A stretch of 64,000 nucleotides of DNA from Octopus vulgaris (Eukaryota): the NCBI GenBank assembly GCA_951406725.2, contig OX597816.1, positions 61,070,001-61,134,000 of the forward strand. The letters run 5' to 3'. The translations under genes were made by a program, and so were the position numbers. The notes beneath the pieces were generated by a model. The model was not told the origin of the DNA. It searched no databases and saw only the letters and a program-made list of their open reading frames with translations. Of this stretch, positions 25,100 through 39,756 are shown in pieces; position 1 is the first letter of the stretch; each line of letters begins with the position of its first letter.

Positions 25100-25756
25100 G
25101 ATCAGGAAATTTTTAGCCGTTGTTTTAATATTGTGTAAAAGGAAATATACATATAAAAAGAATATTTGTACATAAACTTGATCGGTTCGCGTTTTAGCCA
25201 CTGCCGGGTAGTGTTTAATTTGTTCACTGAACACCGCCGCGAATTCCCCCTCGTTTTTTTCAAAAAACATCCCTAAATCACAAAATAAGGGAGGGGGAGA
25301 ATCTGCCCTATTTTTAAAATTCTGGCAGCAACACTGAAGCTGGAAGCAGGGTAATAATCTAATTCTATACTTTATCACATTCAAGAATATAAACACGTTT
25401 TTAAGCACAACACACGCGGATTGAAAAAGAAACATTACCTTTCACCGTCACTGCGTGAACGACAGTGCTTTCTCTCCCTAGCATGAAGCTTCCTATCTCG
25501 GACATGTGAGCATGCGCACAACAACCAAACACCGCGTTGCTGGAACTGTGAAGCACACAGTACTATACAAAGATTTTTGCATTGTTTTCATAAACTAGGC
25601 AATGGCTACTGACATTAAGCTTAAGGGTTATATAATGTACAAGTATAAAGAAAGAATTAACGAAAAAAGGACTCATTATATTGAATGTTATCGATAATAT
25701 CGAGTGGAAATAGGGGGTGCTGCAGTTCCGTAGTGCCTATACACGAGCCGCCACTG
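25100..25756 (-). mobile_element. non-autonomous DNA transposon (hAT-like CAGTGGCGG terminus), copy 1
   Basis: About 650 bp homologous in inverted orientation to 41134-41802; ends in CACGAGCCGCCACTG. Confidence 0.7.
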
Positions 25757-25849
25757 ACCTTGATCATCCGAAAACTGTTTCAATGCCTCCTTCCTTCTGA
25801 AAATGATTTAGCGTCGTTTTAAGGAATTTTTTTCCAAGATGAGGATGAC

Positions 25850-26264
25850 TGTGCTATTGTTGTTGTTGTTGTTGTCGTCGTCGTTGTTGTTGCTGATGAT
25901 GATGCTATTGTTGTTGTTGTTGTTGATGATGATGATGGTGATGATGTAGTGGTGTCGGTGGTGATGATGGAGGTGGTGGTGGTAGTACACTGATGATGTT
26001 GTTACTAGTGTCCGTGTGGTTGCCAGTATAAGATGATGCTGATGAAATTGTTGTTGTTTACGGTGACGGTGATGGTGATGATAATGGTGGTGGTGGTGGT
26101 GGATTTGGTGGGGCGGGTGGTGGTGGTGGTATGTTGATGTTGTTTTGCTGTTATTACAGTGGTGTTGGTGGAGATTGGTGGAGATTGTGGTGCTAATCTT
26201 CTTGCTGCTGTTCTTGTTGTTCTTCTTAAACTTCTGCTTCTTCACCTCCACCTCCTCAGCCTCC

Positions 26265-26295
<31 letters not shown>

Positions 26296-26790
26296 CAACG
26301 ATAGCAATGGTGGTGGTGGTAGTGGTGGTGGCGGCGGCGGTGGCGGCGGTGGTGGTGGTGGTAGTGTTGATATTGTTTTGTTGTTATTACAGTTATTGCT
26401 GGGGAGGGGGGTAGTTTTGATGGATGTTGTGTTGTTGTTGCTGCTGCTGTTGTTCTTTTTCTTCTTCTTCTTCTTTTTCTTCTTCTTCTTCTTCTTCTTC
26501 TTCTTCTTTTTCTTCTTTTTCTTCTTTTTCTTCTTCTTCTTCTTCCGCTTCTTCTTCTTTTTCTTCTTTTTCTTCTTCTTCTTCCGCTTCTTCTTCTTTT
26601 TCTTCTTTTTCTTCTTCTTCTTCTTCTTCTTCTTCTTCTTCTTCTTCTTCTTCTTCTTCTTCCTATTCTTCTTCTTCTTCTTCTTCTTCATCATCATCAT
26701 CACCATCTTCCTATTCTTCTCCTTCTCCTCCACTACCTTCTTCTCCACCTTCTTCCTTTTGTCGGTGATGATGGTGGCAGTGGTGGTGGT
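25850..26790. repeat. ~0.95-kb compound trinucleotide repeat tract (TTG, ATG, TGG, TTA, GGC, TTC)
   Basis: Seen directly; produces spurious poly-F/K/S/G ORFs. Confidence 0.95.
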
Positions 26791-27513
26791 ATTAATGATA
26801 CTGGTACATGATCTAACCATCTCCGTTACCGAATTTCCATCATACCGTTGTAAACACGCGAGGAATTTCTTTGAACATTATATTTCCGACTATTCTATAT
26901 TTAGGTTGCCAACACTCGACACCAATTTATCTCAACCATTTCCTCTCGGTGTTCGTTAGTCGTCCATTTTACACCTATTTATCTATTTATTTATCTCTTT
27001 AATTACACACACGTATGCACACGTGTGCGTGCGCATGCGTGCGAGGGCGCGCTTGTAAGTGTAAGTATGCGTTAACTTTTGCGTTTAGTTAAGTGCTTAA
27101 GCGTTTATTTAGTTTCATCTAGATATTCTTATTTGCTTTTACAACCTACGTGTTTTGATACTCAATTATCTACACACACACACTTCATTCAAGAGAGAAC
27201 GGGAAAAGGAAATAAAAGCCATAGGAAATAACGTCCTATCTTAACCTCAACCAGACACGTCTCAGACAGTCATAAAAAGAGTAAGAAGCAACGTTTTATG
27301 GCCTAGGGTGATTTGCATAATTAAAATAGAAAATGAGCTAGAAGAAGTAACTCAGAGTGGCCGGTGGCATAAATTTGAATAACAAACACGAAGAAAGGTA
27401 TACTAAATACCATGCGAAATAAATTTTTGATTTACTGATATTATCTTCGCTTCGAATAAACGTAAACAATCCACCCACCCGCGCACACACAGAATCACAT
27501 CATATGTGTGTAA

Positions 27514-27594
<81 letters not shown>

Positions 27595-27597
<3 letters not shown>

Positions 27598-27997
27598 GAG
27601 TGGCTGTGTGGTAAGTAGCTTGCTAACCAACCACATGGTTCCGGGTTCAGTCCCACTGCGTGGCACCTTGGGCAAGTGTCTTCTACTATAGCCTCGGGCC
27701 GACCAATGCCTTGTGAGTGGATTTGGTAGACGGAAACTGAAAGAAGACTGTCGTATATATGCATATATATATATATGTATGTATGTATGTGTGTGTTTGT
27801 GTGTCTGTGTTTGTCTCCCTAGCATTGCTTGATAACCGATGCTGGTGTGTTTACGTCCCCGTAACTTAGCGGTTCGGTAAAAGAGACCGATAGAATAAGT
27901 ACTAGGCTTACAAAGAATAAGTCCCGGGGTCGATTTGCTCGACTAAAGGCGGTGCTCCAGCATGGCCGCGGTCAAATGACTGAAACAAGTAAAAGAG
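27595..27997 (+). mobile_element. family A SINE inside a (GATA)n tract
   Basis: Full body; (GATA)n on both sides. Confidence 0.9.
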
Positions 27998-28019
27998 ATA
28001 GATAGATAGATAGATAGAT

Positions 28020-28085
<66 letters not shown>

Positions 28086-28104
28086 AGAAAGAAAATTTTA
28101 TGTA

Positions 28105-28657
28105 TTGGGTTGGCAACTGAGTCCCCTTCGTTTTTTCATATTTTGGAATTTATTGCGTTTTTAAATTTTGGAATCTTTTTTTTTTTCGAGAATTCTATTT
28201 TTGAATCATTTTGGAATCTTTTTTCTTTTTCTAGTTGATATTAGTTAAGTTTTGTTTATTTTGAGATCATTAAAATGGAATGTCAAGTTAAGAAAAACGA
28301 GCATTTTTGACACCTTATTGCTTTTAATCAAGGTTCTAAGGCCCCGAAAGCTGCTCGCGACATTTGTGCTGTGTATGGAGAGGGTGCCATATCTGAAAGA
28401 ACCGCTCGTGATTGGTATGCCAAGTTCAAAATGGAAGTTTTGACCTCAAAGACGCACATCGTTCTGGCCGTCCAGTTGAGATCGATGAAGAGCGATTAAA
28501 CCAACTTTTACACGAAAATTCTCGTCATACGACAAGGGAACTGGCAGAGAAAATGGAATGCTCCCACACTGCTGTAGAGAAGCATCTTCACTCGATGGGA
28601 AAGGTTCAGAAGTATGGAGCATGGGTTCCGCATACTTTAAGTGACAACAACAAAAAT
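28105..28657 (+). mobile_element. mariner (Hsmar1/SETMAR-like) 5' half, frameshifted
   Basis: TA followed by TTGGGTTGGCA terminus; MECQVKKNEHF..AARDICAVYGEGAISERTARDWYAKF../DLKDAHRSGRP...GAWVPHTL (WVPHxL motif). Confidence 0.88.
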
Positions 28658-30111
28658 TTATTTCCAAATCAAACGGTGTAACAATCCAATCGAGTACATG
28701 CATTTTCTCCAGGTCCTTGAAACGTACGTTAAAGTATTCCATTAATTTTTTCAAGATGCTTTTATGTGTTTCTCTGAATCACAGTCTGAAATGTTTTCAT
28801 TTTCTTCCAATTGCCGCAAGTTTGAAAATTATTTAAAATCTCTACGTGCCAATGGAGATTTGAATCGCTCTGTTTTGATTTGGATGTCTATTGGGATTGT
28901 TAGGACTTAAAGCATTGTAATATCTTTACCTTGCAGACGTTTCTGTACTTCATTAAATTTTGAATATAGATCTACCAAATAGAACAGATGGTTCTTCCAC
29001 ATTTTCAACTCGTCACACAGTGATGGGTCCACATCCGTAAGAAGCTTCATAGTTGAGTCAAACAACTCAACAAGTCTTTGCAAGATATCACCTTTTGACA
29101 ACCACTTTGCCTCAGTGTGCAAAAGTAATTGGTTCAAAGTTTCATCATTTTTTTTTTTCACAAAACATTGCAAAGAGTCGTGAATTGAGAGGATGAGCTT
29201 TAATATTATTGATTGACCTGATACACACTTTGAAGGCTTCATGCAGTTCACCACTGAGTTTCTTGGCTACAATATAGTGTCTGTATAAAACGCAGTGAAC
29301 AGTACGCACATTGGGAACCTTTTCCTTGAGTAAGACGGCAAGTCCTCTGTAACGGCCAACCATTGCTGGTGCACCACTGGTAGCCACTACAGTAATATTT
29401 CCGAGGGAACATTGTGTTTCTTCATATAATCCTCCAAACACAGAAAAATTCTCTCCCCTTTCGCATCACCTTTAAGTTACTTAGCAAACAAAAACACGTC
29501 AACATTGTACTTTAAGCTTGAACTATAATACCTCACATAAGAGTATTTGAACTCCTAAAAGTTGATTCATCAAGTTGAACAGAAAATTTGCACTGTTGAA
29601 GCTCAGATGCCAAGCTTCTCTCCACATCATTGGTCATTTCATCAATGTGTCGATGCACTGTATTTGCACTTAATGGTATGCATTTTAGAACAGGTTGAGA
29701 GTTTTTCTTCATAACATTTTTTATTACATCTTTAATTGCTGGTATTATGATCTCTTCATTAATGGTATACGATTTTCCTTTCTTTATTATATTAAGGGAG
29801 ATACTGTATAATGTCTTCATTCCTCCGTCATTATCAGTACTGGCAGATGCTTTAAAATATTTCTTTAAATTTAGTTGATTTCTAAATTTTTCTTTTAGCA
29901 TCTTAAAAACATCAAGATTTTTGTTTTTCTTATCAGAATGACTCCTTTCAAGGTGGTCTTTCATCTTCGTGGGTTTCATGGCACCATTACTGACAGTCTT
30001 TTCACATGACAGGCACGTAGGCATTGTTTTATCAGTAAATGAAGGTACGAATCCAAATTTCAAATATTCTTGTGAATATTGTCTGCACTTCTTAGCATTA
30101 GAGGCTGCCAT
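28658..30111 (-). mobile_element. hAT Buster/Charlie (ZBED5/ZBED8/SCAND3-like) transposase pseudogene
   Basis: Broken ORFs: CRQYSQEYLKFGF..CLSCEK..MKPTKMKDHLERSH (BED finger), FSVQLDEST, TSGAPAMVG, HCVLYR, LLLHTEAKWLSKG, WIVTPF. Confidence 0.9.
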
Positions 30112-30355
30112 TGTGTTTACTAGAAATGGGCAAATTTAAATAGTAAAAGCACAGCTATCAGTTCACTGTCGCCATTCCGATAGCTACGGGTGTTGAGTAT
30201 ACTCTGGCTGTCTCTGGACTAGTTGGCGCCAATGGCCATCTGATGGTTGCTCTGACCAGCAAGCACGTGTTACGTATTGAGCACTGAGTTGATCTATCTC
30301 GGCGGCAAGTCGACCAAACCGAGAACTGTGTGTGACTCATACACACACACACACA

Positions 30356-30421
<66 letters not shown>

Positions 30422-30645
30422 CATATAAATATATATATATATATATCCCTCCCTCTCTGTGTGTGTAGTAGTTGGAATGTTTCTGTGTGTTTATACGTTT
30501 ACCCTCCACCGTTCTACACTCAGTTGGGTTCTGTCTCTGCAGTGTTTGATGCCGCCGTAAGTGAAAGAATTGTCACTGCTGTCTCTGTGACTGTAGGTTT
30601 GTATGCGCACTAACTACGTTGGATGGTCAGCAATATATCAGAAAG

Positions 30646-30825
30646 TTGACAACCGATGCTGGTGTGCTTACGTCCCCCGTAACTTAGCGGTTCGGTAAAA
30701 GTGAGACCGATAGAATAAGTACTAGGCTTACAAAGAATAAACTCTGAGTCGATTTGCTCGACTAAAGGCGGTGCTCCAGCATGGCCGCAGTCAAATGACT
30801 GAAACAAGTAAAACAATAAAAGAGT
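30646..30825 (+). mobile_element. 5'-truncated family A SINE
   Basis: 3' half and tail only. Confidence 0.8.
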
Positions 30826-30830
30826 AATTA

Positions 30831-31034
30831 CAAGGTGTTCAAAAAGTCTATCCACAGTGAATTTTTTTCATCCTGCGCTACTTCAAGATTATTTCGAAGG
30901 GACTTTGGCCACCGAGATCACTTGATTTAACACCTCCAGACTTTTTTGTCTGGGGAGCGAGTAAAGGATCAGCATACAAGAACCGCCAGAAAACCATTAA
31001 ATATTTACTGCGGAGAGACTTTTTGAACACTATA
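30831..31034 (+). mobile_element. Tc1/mariner MITE with catalytic-domain remnant
   Basis: TIRs CAAGGTGTTCAAAAAGTCT / AGACTTTTTGAACAC, TA flanks; internal WPPRSLDLTPPDFFVWG (SPDL motif). Confidence 0.75.
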
Positions 31035-33349
31035 TATAAAAAAACGAAAACATTAACATATTACTACTAATACTAAAACCACTTTCTTTAATTCCTTATT
31101 GGAGGAAGAGGAGGAGGAGGATTTTTTGTAAAGAATGTTCTGTACGTATTTCCTGTCCATCGTTATGACAAATATTTTCTTAATAAAACTGAAGTTACAA
31201 AACAACAAACAAAAGCTCGCCATTATCACAAGAATTACCTTATTTTTACGTCTGATTATTACATTTATTTGTGTCCAAGTTTGTTGTTATTGTTGTTTTT
31301 GTATTTGGTTCAATTAAAAATAGTTCCGTCGATGTCTGAGATTTTAAATGTTTGTTAAGAGACAGCGTGGGATGTGGAAAGATTGGATTGGTTTACTCGA
31401 TAAATGAAAGAAAATATTTTTCTAATATTGAAACCATGCAATACAGATAATCCAGTGCATTGACTGGTAATACTAGACCACAGGAAGTTATCAGTTTGGC
31501 CATTTACAGAGTAAAGACCATTCCAGCAGCCAAAGCTTAAGTAATCAGGGACGGATAACTATCACAGGAAGAACAGCTAGACAATAGTTAAGCATTAGAA
31601 GTTAATGAATTCTTAATCTTAGAAAATTCCCACATTAAATTAGACGTTGCAAATATCTTTTTATCAAAGAAAAACAAAGATCTGTAGACCCAGCGACCGA
31701 ATTTAAGCCACACAGCTATCACTCCCAAAGTAACCGTGGTACCAATTATACTACAGATAGCCTGTTATTATCCCCCCCCCCCTTTTGAAATTAGATTCTA
31801 TAAATGTTACACTTGTTTGTTTGTTTGTTTGTTTTCTGCTGTTTTTATTACACTATTTTATCTTCACAAGTGTCACATTTGTTTCAAGTGTAATTTGTCA
31901 GCCACCTAACACTGACAAGATATGCTACTTCTACTAATGCAAAAATTAGGCAGCGATTTGGCAGAATCGTTATTGTATCGGATGAAATGTTTCGTGGTAT
32001 TTAGTCCAAACTCATTGTGGTATGATTTCAAAAATTTTGCTTTTCATCCCTGTGAGGTAAGGGCCGGTAACATTGATAAACCTTATAACCCTAGCAGCAA
32101 CATGTCTTACTTCCATTCTGCTCAGTTGCTGACCATCTATAAAACTCAAACCTTATGATGACACTAAATATATTGCTGAAACTATATCTCAAAATCTAGG
32201 CTTACTCGTTAAAGTAATTACTTCAATCCTAATGCATCTCGTCAAAGATGCCAAGTGTTAAAACATTTGCCCCACAAAGGCTAAATTTCTTCTTTAGACA
32301 TATGAATCATTTCAACTCAGATCAATTGCTGACAAGGCTTAAGTGTCACACACATTTTTGTACATTAAAACCACATCCCAAAAAAAGACCATTCGGACGA
32401 TTATCAAATACTTACTCTCAAACACACTACAACTGATGTGCTGTCTCTTCTCTCTAACCACTTCTGTTGCAACTACAATAGCTTCTGCAACTTCAAACTT
32501 GCTAGATGTGCACTACTTTTATCAGTAAAGCTCCCCTATCTTTTCTGCCTTCGTTGCCTCTATTGTCCCATCCACCAAATCCTATACTAAATACTAATAC
32601 TGGACCAATTACTTCTAATTTTAAAATCAATTCTATAATCTTTCTACGTCAAAAATGTTTCTCCTGATATCATAGATTTTGTAAGAGGTTGTAGTTAATG
32701 TAGTGGAAGAACCATATTCCCAACAGATTTGACAAAATGGCAAAGCTTCAACCTAAAGTTTAACTACATCGGTTGAAAGAGCTTGCGACTGGAAAGAAGT
32801 GCAAACGCCTAGGGCGCTGTCCCTCCTCGGACTAAATAAAATACAGAGATCTAAACCCAGTGAACTCCGCTTCATTCTTCATTCTTCCAAGTTTGATATG
32901 ATGTGCCAGTCATGCACTGAATTAATTCAATCAATTGTAGTCCTCTTGCTACAGACGTATGGCTCTTGTGCCAAAGTTAGAACCAAGCATTACGTATTTA
33001 GCCTCACCTAACAAAACCAAAAGCTGCGGTCTGAGAAAATATGTGAAGTTTAGTTTGGTCACTATGAAGATCTGCACATTGTGAAGGTCGGGACACTGAA
33101 GATCTGGACATAAGAAAAGTTTAGGCACTGCAAAAGGATGACCACAGTACCTTTAACCTGAATAAACCCCTGAAAAAAAAGTCGGTGAAAAATCTATGTG
33201 GTAGCTCGACCTGTTAGAACAACCAAATTTCTCCCGCATTGTACCCTACTCTCCTTAAAAGGGAATGATATTTCAAATGATTTGTCATAGACACCCATGC
33301 CTGAAAGAATCGACTGGCCCCCTCCCCAAAAATTTCGGGCCTTGATTTC

Positions 33350-33458
<109 letters not shown>

Positions 33459-34555
33459 TTAAGCATTAAGGTATCGTGCCTTTATGCCCATACCCCACCG
33501 AGGATGTTTGCCTTTCATCCTTCCAAGGTCGATATCCTTACAATATTTCTATAAAGCATCCTAGTCGCGTACTAAGGTCTGTATAGTCGACCGTTCTCTA
33601 CCTCAAAAATGCCTGACCTTGTGCCAATGTCAGATATAATAAAGGTGGTAAGCGAGGTTTGGTATAGATTGCCAGAATGGTTAAAGTGGTGAATAAAATA
33701 TTTTGCAATATTCGTTTTGGTTCCCTGAATTCAAATCACGCCGACTTTGCCTGTTACCCTTCCTGAGTCGATAAAATAAAGTACTAGTACTGAGGTCTGT
33801 ATAATCACAGACTTATCCCACAGTAGTTTGTGTAACAAATTCTCCACTGACTTTACATTTCCAACCTATTCCTGTGATGTTTATAAAGTTACTGAATGAT
33901 TAATTAATTCTAAATTAATGAACTAATTAGTATCAGCTGCCAGATAGAGAAACCTAACACAGTTTGAACTAATGTTTATCAGCAGATGGCTTTGGAGAAA
34001 GCTAAAGAAAAACGTTTTTAGCTTTGGCACATGGCCACAAATTCTGGCTATAATTGTTTTTGCTGTTGCTGATTAGCTCCATTAACCCATTTCAAATCTG
34101 ATCGAACATACCTATCAGTGACCATCCCGTCTTTTTTCTGGGTAAGGAACACAGAAGCACATTATCCAACGTGTCCATTTTAAAGACGGTGTACGTGATT
34201 TAAAGAAAATTTGGTTGCTGTTTCTAGCAGGTCGAACGACCAACAAGAGGCTCCGTCATTAGCAATTTAGATGAGAAAGCAATTGATTATATCGTCCTCA
34301 GTACGTAACTGACCCTTATATAATTGGCCCCGGAGAGATGGGAAGTAAAGTTGACATCGGAGAGATTTGAACTCAGAGAGCAAAAGGATGTGACTAAATG
34401 ATACGAAAAGTTGAACTCGACGCTCAACCGATTCCGCCAATCCACCGCACTTAAACTAAATAAAAACCCACAAAAACGCTTCAGTGTGGTCCCTCGGTCT
34501 ACTTCAAATAGCAGCCAAATTTCCGTCAAATCACAGATCAGATGATATATTCTTA

Positions 34556-35020
34556 GATCATCATCATCTGGTCGAGCCTGCTCGGACATTCTTAACCCGT
34601 ACTCACCATCCATCACGGTCCCGCATTAATTGAAGGAGGTCTTCGGCGAGGTATCCAGTGTTTCTGGTGAGTTGGTCTATATGCGTTGTGTTCGGAGGAT
34701 CAGCTCGAATATGGCCATGCTCTGACATCCAAAGCAGTAGTTCACACGTCAGCTCTTGCTTAGCTTGCCAGCAAAGGACCCGCAAAGCATAAGTGCCTTT
34801 CTTTTTCTAATGGTGGGAACAGACAGGAGATCTCCATACAACTGTTTCTTGGTGAGATGTGTTCTCCAAGATATGTTTAAGACTGTTCTTATAATTCGTG
34901 TGTAAGTTCCGTCTAGCTTGGATTCCAATTTTTGGTAAGTATCCAGGCTGCTGTTCCATATAAAAGGGGCTGACAGTGAACGAAATAAGCAATAAGTAAA
35001 AACTCCAAGTCAAAAATGAA
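34556..35020 (-). mobile_element. RTE-clade LINE 3' end (5'-truncated)
   Basis: FLYGTAAWILTKxLESKLDGTYTRIIRTVLNISW..LYG, LLLWMSEHG, HIDQLTRNTG..MRDRDGW; (GAT)n tail. Confidence 0.8.
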
Positions 35021-35231
35021 CGCTAAAAATCATCGGGAATGCTTAGAAACGTGGAAGGATCGTTTTCAGAATTTGCTTGGGAAATACCTTCAGTCTCTGA
35101 TATAGATGTCATGCCTAGATAATCCATTTGAGAAATTGAGATGTCCTGGATGGAACGCTTTCGATAAGAGATCTTCTCGGTCATTGGTTGAGCTGGATGG
35201 TAATCTAAACAATAAAATAAAATAAAAATGT

Positions 35232-35474
35232 GCCCCTTCAAAGCCTAGCCAGGCTCATGGGCCCGGCTTCCCGGTTTCTATGGCGTATGTGTTCCCCAGC
35301 TGGACGGGACGCCAGTCCATCGCAACGTTACTCATTTTTGCCAGCTGAGTGGACTGGAGCAACGTGAAATGAAGTGTTTTGCTCAAGGACACAACGCGTC
35401 GCCCGGTCCAGGAATCGAAACCACAATCTTACCATCATGATGCTGACAGCCTAACCATTAAGCTACGCGCCTCC
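35232..35474 (-). mobile_element. family C SINE
   Basis: tRNA-like head TGGAGGCGCGTAGCTTAATGGTTAGG..GGTTTCGATTCC, followed by GTGTCCTTGAGCAAAACAC. Confidence 0.75.
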
Positions 35475-36206
35475 AATCTAAACAATAAGCTAACAACAAC
35501 AATAATAAAGAGAAAAATGTATTGAATATTGCTTTCTTTTTACCATTTAAATATAATATGAACATTAGTTGGAGATCCTGAAATCCGACGAAAATACAGA
35601 TTTTTGAAATTATGATTAATTCTAGTGATAATACTTTCAGTCAAGAGAACCTGTCTCTAGTTTTCTGTTGTTGAACGTAAAAATAATATTAAACGATTAC
35701 CATTCAATGACATTCCCTTTAAGTTAGCAATTATTTCAAACTAATTCTACGTAGGAGTCAAGGAGCACTGTTATTCGTAAGATAGCATACGACATACACC
35801 AAAATTTGGAGATGTGCCAAGTTTTCAAGTAAATTTATTACCTGCAGACAGACATTAAATTTCTGCCGAAATTTTGTTTTTTCTCTTACTCAAAACATTT
35901 ATCATCCACTCCATCTGCAGGCAAAGGAAATGATGGATCATCATGACTGGTTTAAACTGAAAGAACGCGAAGTTTCATAAAAGTATCATAGCAGGCGTTT
36001 ATTTCGAATTGGAATCAATGTGTTCCTACGAGCTGGAGAAAGTTTCTTTTGTAGCAATATAAATCAGCTGGTTTGAAGAAGTAATAATTTTTCACAATTG
36101 TTTCTCGGCTAGCGAAATTCATTCCGAATATTCTATTTTTATCCTTCTTTCCCACATTCTCTCCCCTGTTGGCTTTCTCTATCAATCTATCCATCCATTC
36201 ATTTCC

Positions 36207-36570
<364 letters not shown>

Positions 36571-37148
36571 TTGTAAATATAATATGTGACAATTATTCGG
36601 TAGCCATCATAAAACTCCGAGTTTCGAATGTCGGGGTGGAAATCCACGCCGCCATCTCTTCAGTTATCCGGCCATCAGAAAAAATGCTATGAAAATGACC
36701 GTTAAACAAAGGGAAATTACAGTGTGATTGACCGTTATTAAGACAAAAGAGCTATTTGAATGACCGCTAAGTAAGGGGGTAAAAATGTTCATATATGTGT
36801 GTGTGAGTGTATGTATGTATGTATGTATGTATGTATGTATGTATGTATGTATGTATGTATGTATGTATGATTGTATGTATGTATGTAGGCACAGGCATAA
36901 CTGTGTAGTTTACAACCATGTGGTTTCAGATTCCCACCATGTGACACCTTCTCCAAGATGCAGACCTGTGCAAGGTATGTTGCAGAAAATCAGCCACTGC
37001 TCATACATGCAAGTTTCCTCTTTCCGCGCCACCGACGTTGTCTAAAGGAATGGTAAAATCCGAGACAGCTTGGCACCAGCGATATTGCTGGCAAGGAATC
37101 CCGTCCGACGTATATTAACAATTCTGCCGATCTACTATTCAGAACTGG

Positions 37149-37513
37149 TGGAGGCGCAATGGCCCAGTGGTTAGGGCAGCGGACTCGCGGTCATAGGATC
37201 GGGCGTTGTGAGTGTTTATTGAGCGAAAACACCTAAAGCTCCACGAGGCTCCGACAGGGGATGGTGGTGATCCCTGCTGTACTCTTCCACCACAACTTTC
37301 TTTCACTCTTACTTCCTGTTTCTGTTGTACCTGTATTTCAAAGGGCCGGCCTTGTCACTCTCTGTGTCACGCTGAATATCCCCGAGAACTACGTTAAGGG
37401 TCCACGTGTCTGTGGAGTGCTCAGCCACTTCCACGTTAATTTCACGAGCAGGCTGTTCCGTTGATTCGGATCAACCGGAACCCTCGTCGTTGTAACCGAC
37501 GGAGTGCTTCCAT
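37149..37513 (+). mobile_element. family C SINE
   Basis: Head TGGAGGCGCAATGGCCCAGTGGTTAGGGCAGCGGACTCGCGGTC; 3' body shared with 20140-20448. Confidence 0.75.
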
Positions 37514-37619
37514 TCCACTCAGAACTGGTATATATATATTTTTTTTACCGATTCCAGAAAGTACGGCATTGTAGACCTCAACTAAATCTGAGCTCTGTGT
37601 GCAGAAAGTCTGAACAAAT

Positions 37620-37836
37620 ATTGGTTTCAAAATTTTGGCACAAGGCCAGCAGGAATGGAAGAGGGGTTGAGTCGATAACATTAACCCGAATGCTCAACTG
37701 CTATTTATTTTATCGACCCCTAAAGGATGAAAGGAAAAGTCAGCCTCGGCAGAATCTGTACTCAGAACGTAAGTATGGACGAAATGCCGCAAAACATTTT
37801 GTCCGGCGTGCTAATGGTTCTGTCAGCTTGCCGCCT
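37620..37836 (-). mobile_element. family B SINE (diverged)
   Basis: Deu/Nin-like core plus head. Confidence 0.7.
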
Positions 37837-38529
37837 TAGAACAAATGTCGCAAGCCATTGACGACTCTGCCAGTTCGACGCTTTAAATAACTACTTAAAA
37901 TGGTACCAATAGCATATAAGGGTCTGCTCAAGTTGTCATTGAACTTGAAGTAAATAAATTATGAGCTTGTCTAGAATGAAACATCAGTGACATCAGAAAA
38001 TTATGTGGCTGTTGCAATATTGAAGTAATTATTAATTTAATACCGTCGTTTGTGGAATTCCATTCTGTTATTTTACGCAAGACGGATGACTGATTCAAGC
38101 AAACATTTCCTTTAAAACTGGCGTCGAGTCAAAAACTTTCTTAATTCCTGAGTAACACACCCTTTACAAACTATGATGCAAACAACACGTTAATAGCTTT
38201 GACATTTTCCAATTATGAAACTGATGACTTAAACAAGATGCACCAATATGAGGACTACTTCAACTGGCAGAAAATTTGAAGTGAGGAATTCTTGATTTTC
38301 CAGATAAGATTTGAAGTTTTTTTTTAGACTTACACACATACACACACGCGCGTGTATATATGTATGTATGTACGTAAGTGTGTGCGCGCGTGTATGTGTG
38401 TATGTAAAGATTTCAATGTGTGTGAGTATGTGTGTGCATGGTTGTGTTTGTGTTTGTATCTGGGACCTGTCGTCTGAGTAAGCTAGGTGTGGAGTGCCTG
38501 GTAGATATGCATATATAATTATAAATAAT

Positions 38530-38926
38530 CCTTTCTACTCTAGGCACAAGGCCTGAAATTTTGAGGGAGGAGGCCAGTCGATTAGATCGACCCCAGTACG
38601 CAACTGGTACTTAATTTATTGACGCCGAAAGGATGAGAGGCAAAGTCGACCTCGGCAGAATTTGAACTAGAACGTAAAGACAGGCGAAATACCTATTTCT
38701 TTACTGCCCACACGGGGCTAAACACAGAGAGGACAAACAAGGACAGACAAACGGATTAAGTCGATTATATCGATCCCAGTGCGTAAATGGTACTTATTTA
38801 ATCGACCCCGAAGGGATGAAAGGCAAAGTCGACCTCGGCGGAATTTGAACTCAGAACGTAACGGCAGATGAAATACCGCTAAGCATTTCGCCCGGCGTGC
38901 TAACGATTCTGCCAGCTCACCGCCTT
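38530..38926 (-). mobile_element. family B SINE, tandem dimer
   Basis: One head and two bodies, with the same junction as the 16.8-kb trimer. Confidence 0.85.
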
Positions 38927-39007
38927 TATAACTATTTTTCACGTATTCCTGTGTATTGGTGTATATTAAATCTTCTCTTCTCTCTCTATCTATTTATTTC
39001 TCTCGCC

Positions 39008-39081
<74 letters not shown>

Positions 39082-39103
39082 GTGTATGTGTGTGCGCATA
39101 CAT

Positions 39104-39230
39104 GACGAGTTGGCACAATCGTTAGCACGCCAGGCAAAATGCTTAGCGGCATTTCGTCCGTCTTTACGTTCTGAATTCAAATTCTGCTGAGGTCGGCTTT
39201 GCTTTTCATCCTTTTGGGGTCGATAAAATA
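39104..39230 (+). mobile_element. family B SINE, 3'-truncated
   Basis: Head plus core; diverges head-to-head from the 38.9-kb copy across (TG)n. Confidence 0.7.
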
Positions 39231-39275
39231 CCCAACTAGGCCGCTCCTCCGAACTTACTTAAGCTATAATTTGAA

Positions 39276-39311
<36 letters not shown>

Positions 39312-39756
39312 ATATATACGACGGGCTTCTTTCACTCAAACTTCACAAGTAAAACTGAGTCGACGGAAAATGTCTAAAAGCTTGTTAGTTAGACGTACTT
39401 GTAATTGTAAGGGCCAACCGTGTGACACATTGTGTCTTTCTTGAAAATTACTTTAAGGGACTTTCAGCCGCGCACCAGTAAATTCAATAAAAAGTGGTTC
39501 TGTTGAAAATCCATTTACATTGCTTACTTATAGCAGTATTTCTTATTGGTTTCAAATTTTGGCACAAAGCCAGCAATTTCAGGGACGGTGTTAAATTGGT
39601 TACAACGATTCCAGCATCCCAGTGCTCAACTGGTACTTATTTTGTCGGCCTCGGCTGAATTTGAACTCAGAATATAAGGATGGACGAAATGCCGCAAAGT
39701 ATTTTGCTTTGCGTGCTAACGATTCTGCCATCTCGCCGCTTTTAGCAGTATATATA

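Noticed and set aside
26159-26959. 266-aa, 192-aa and 114-aa ORFs (poly-F, poly-K, poly-S)
   Set aside because: Stop-free frames of a compound trinucleotide repeat, with no domain-like sequence
37149-37205. tRNA-like heads here and at about 1300-1372 and 35400-35474
   Set aside because: No complete cloverleaf, and each continues into a SINE body
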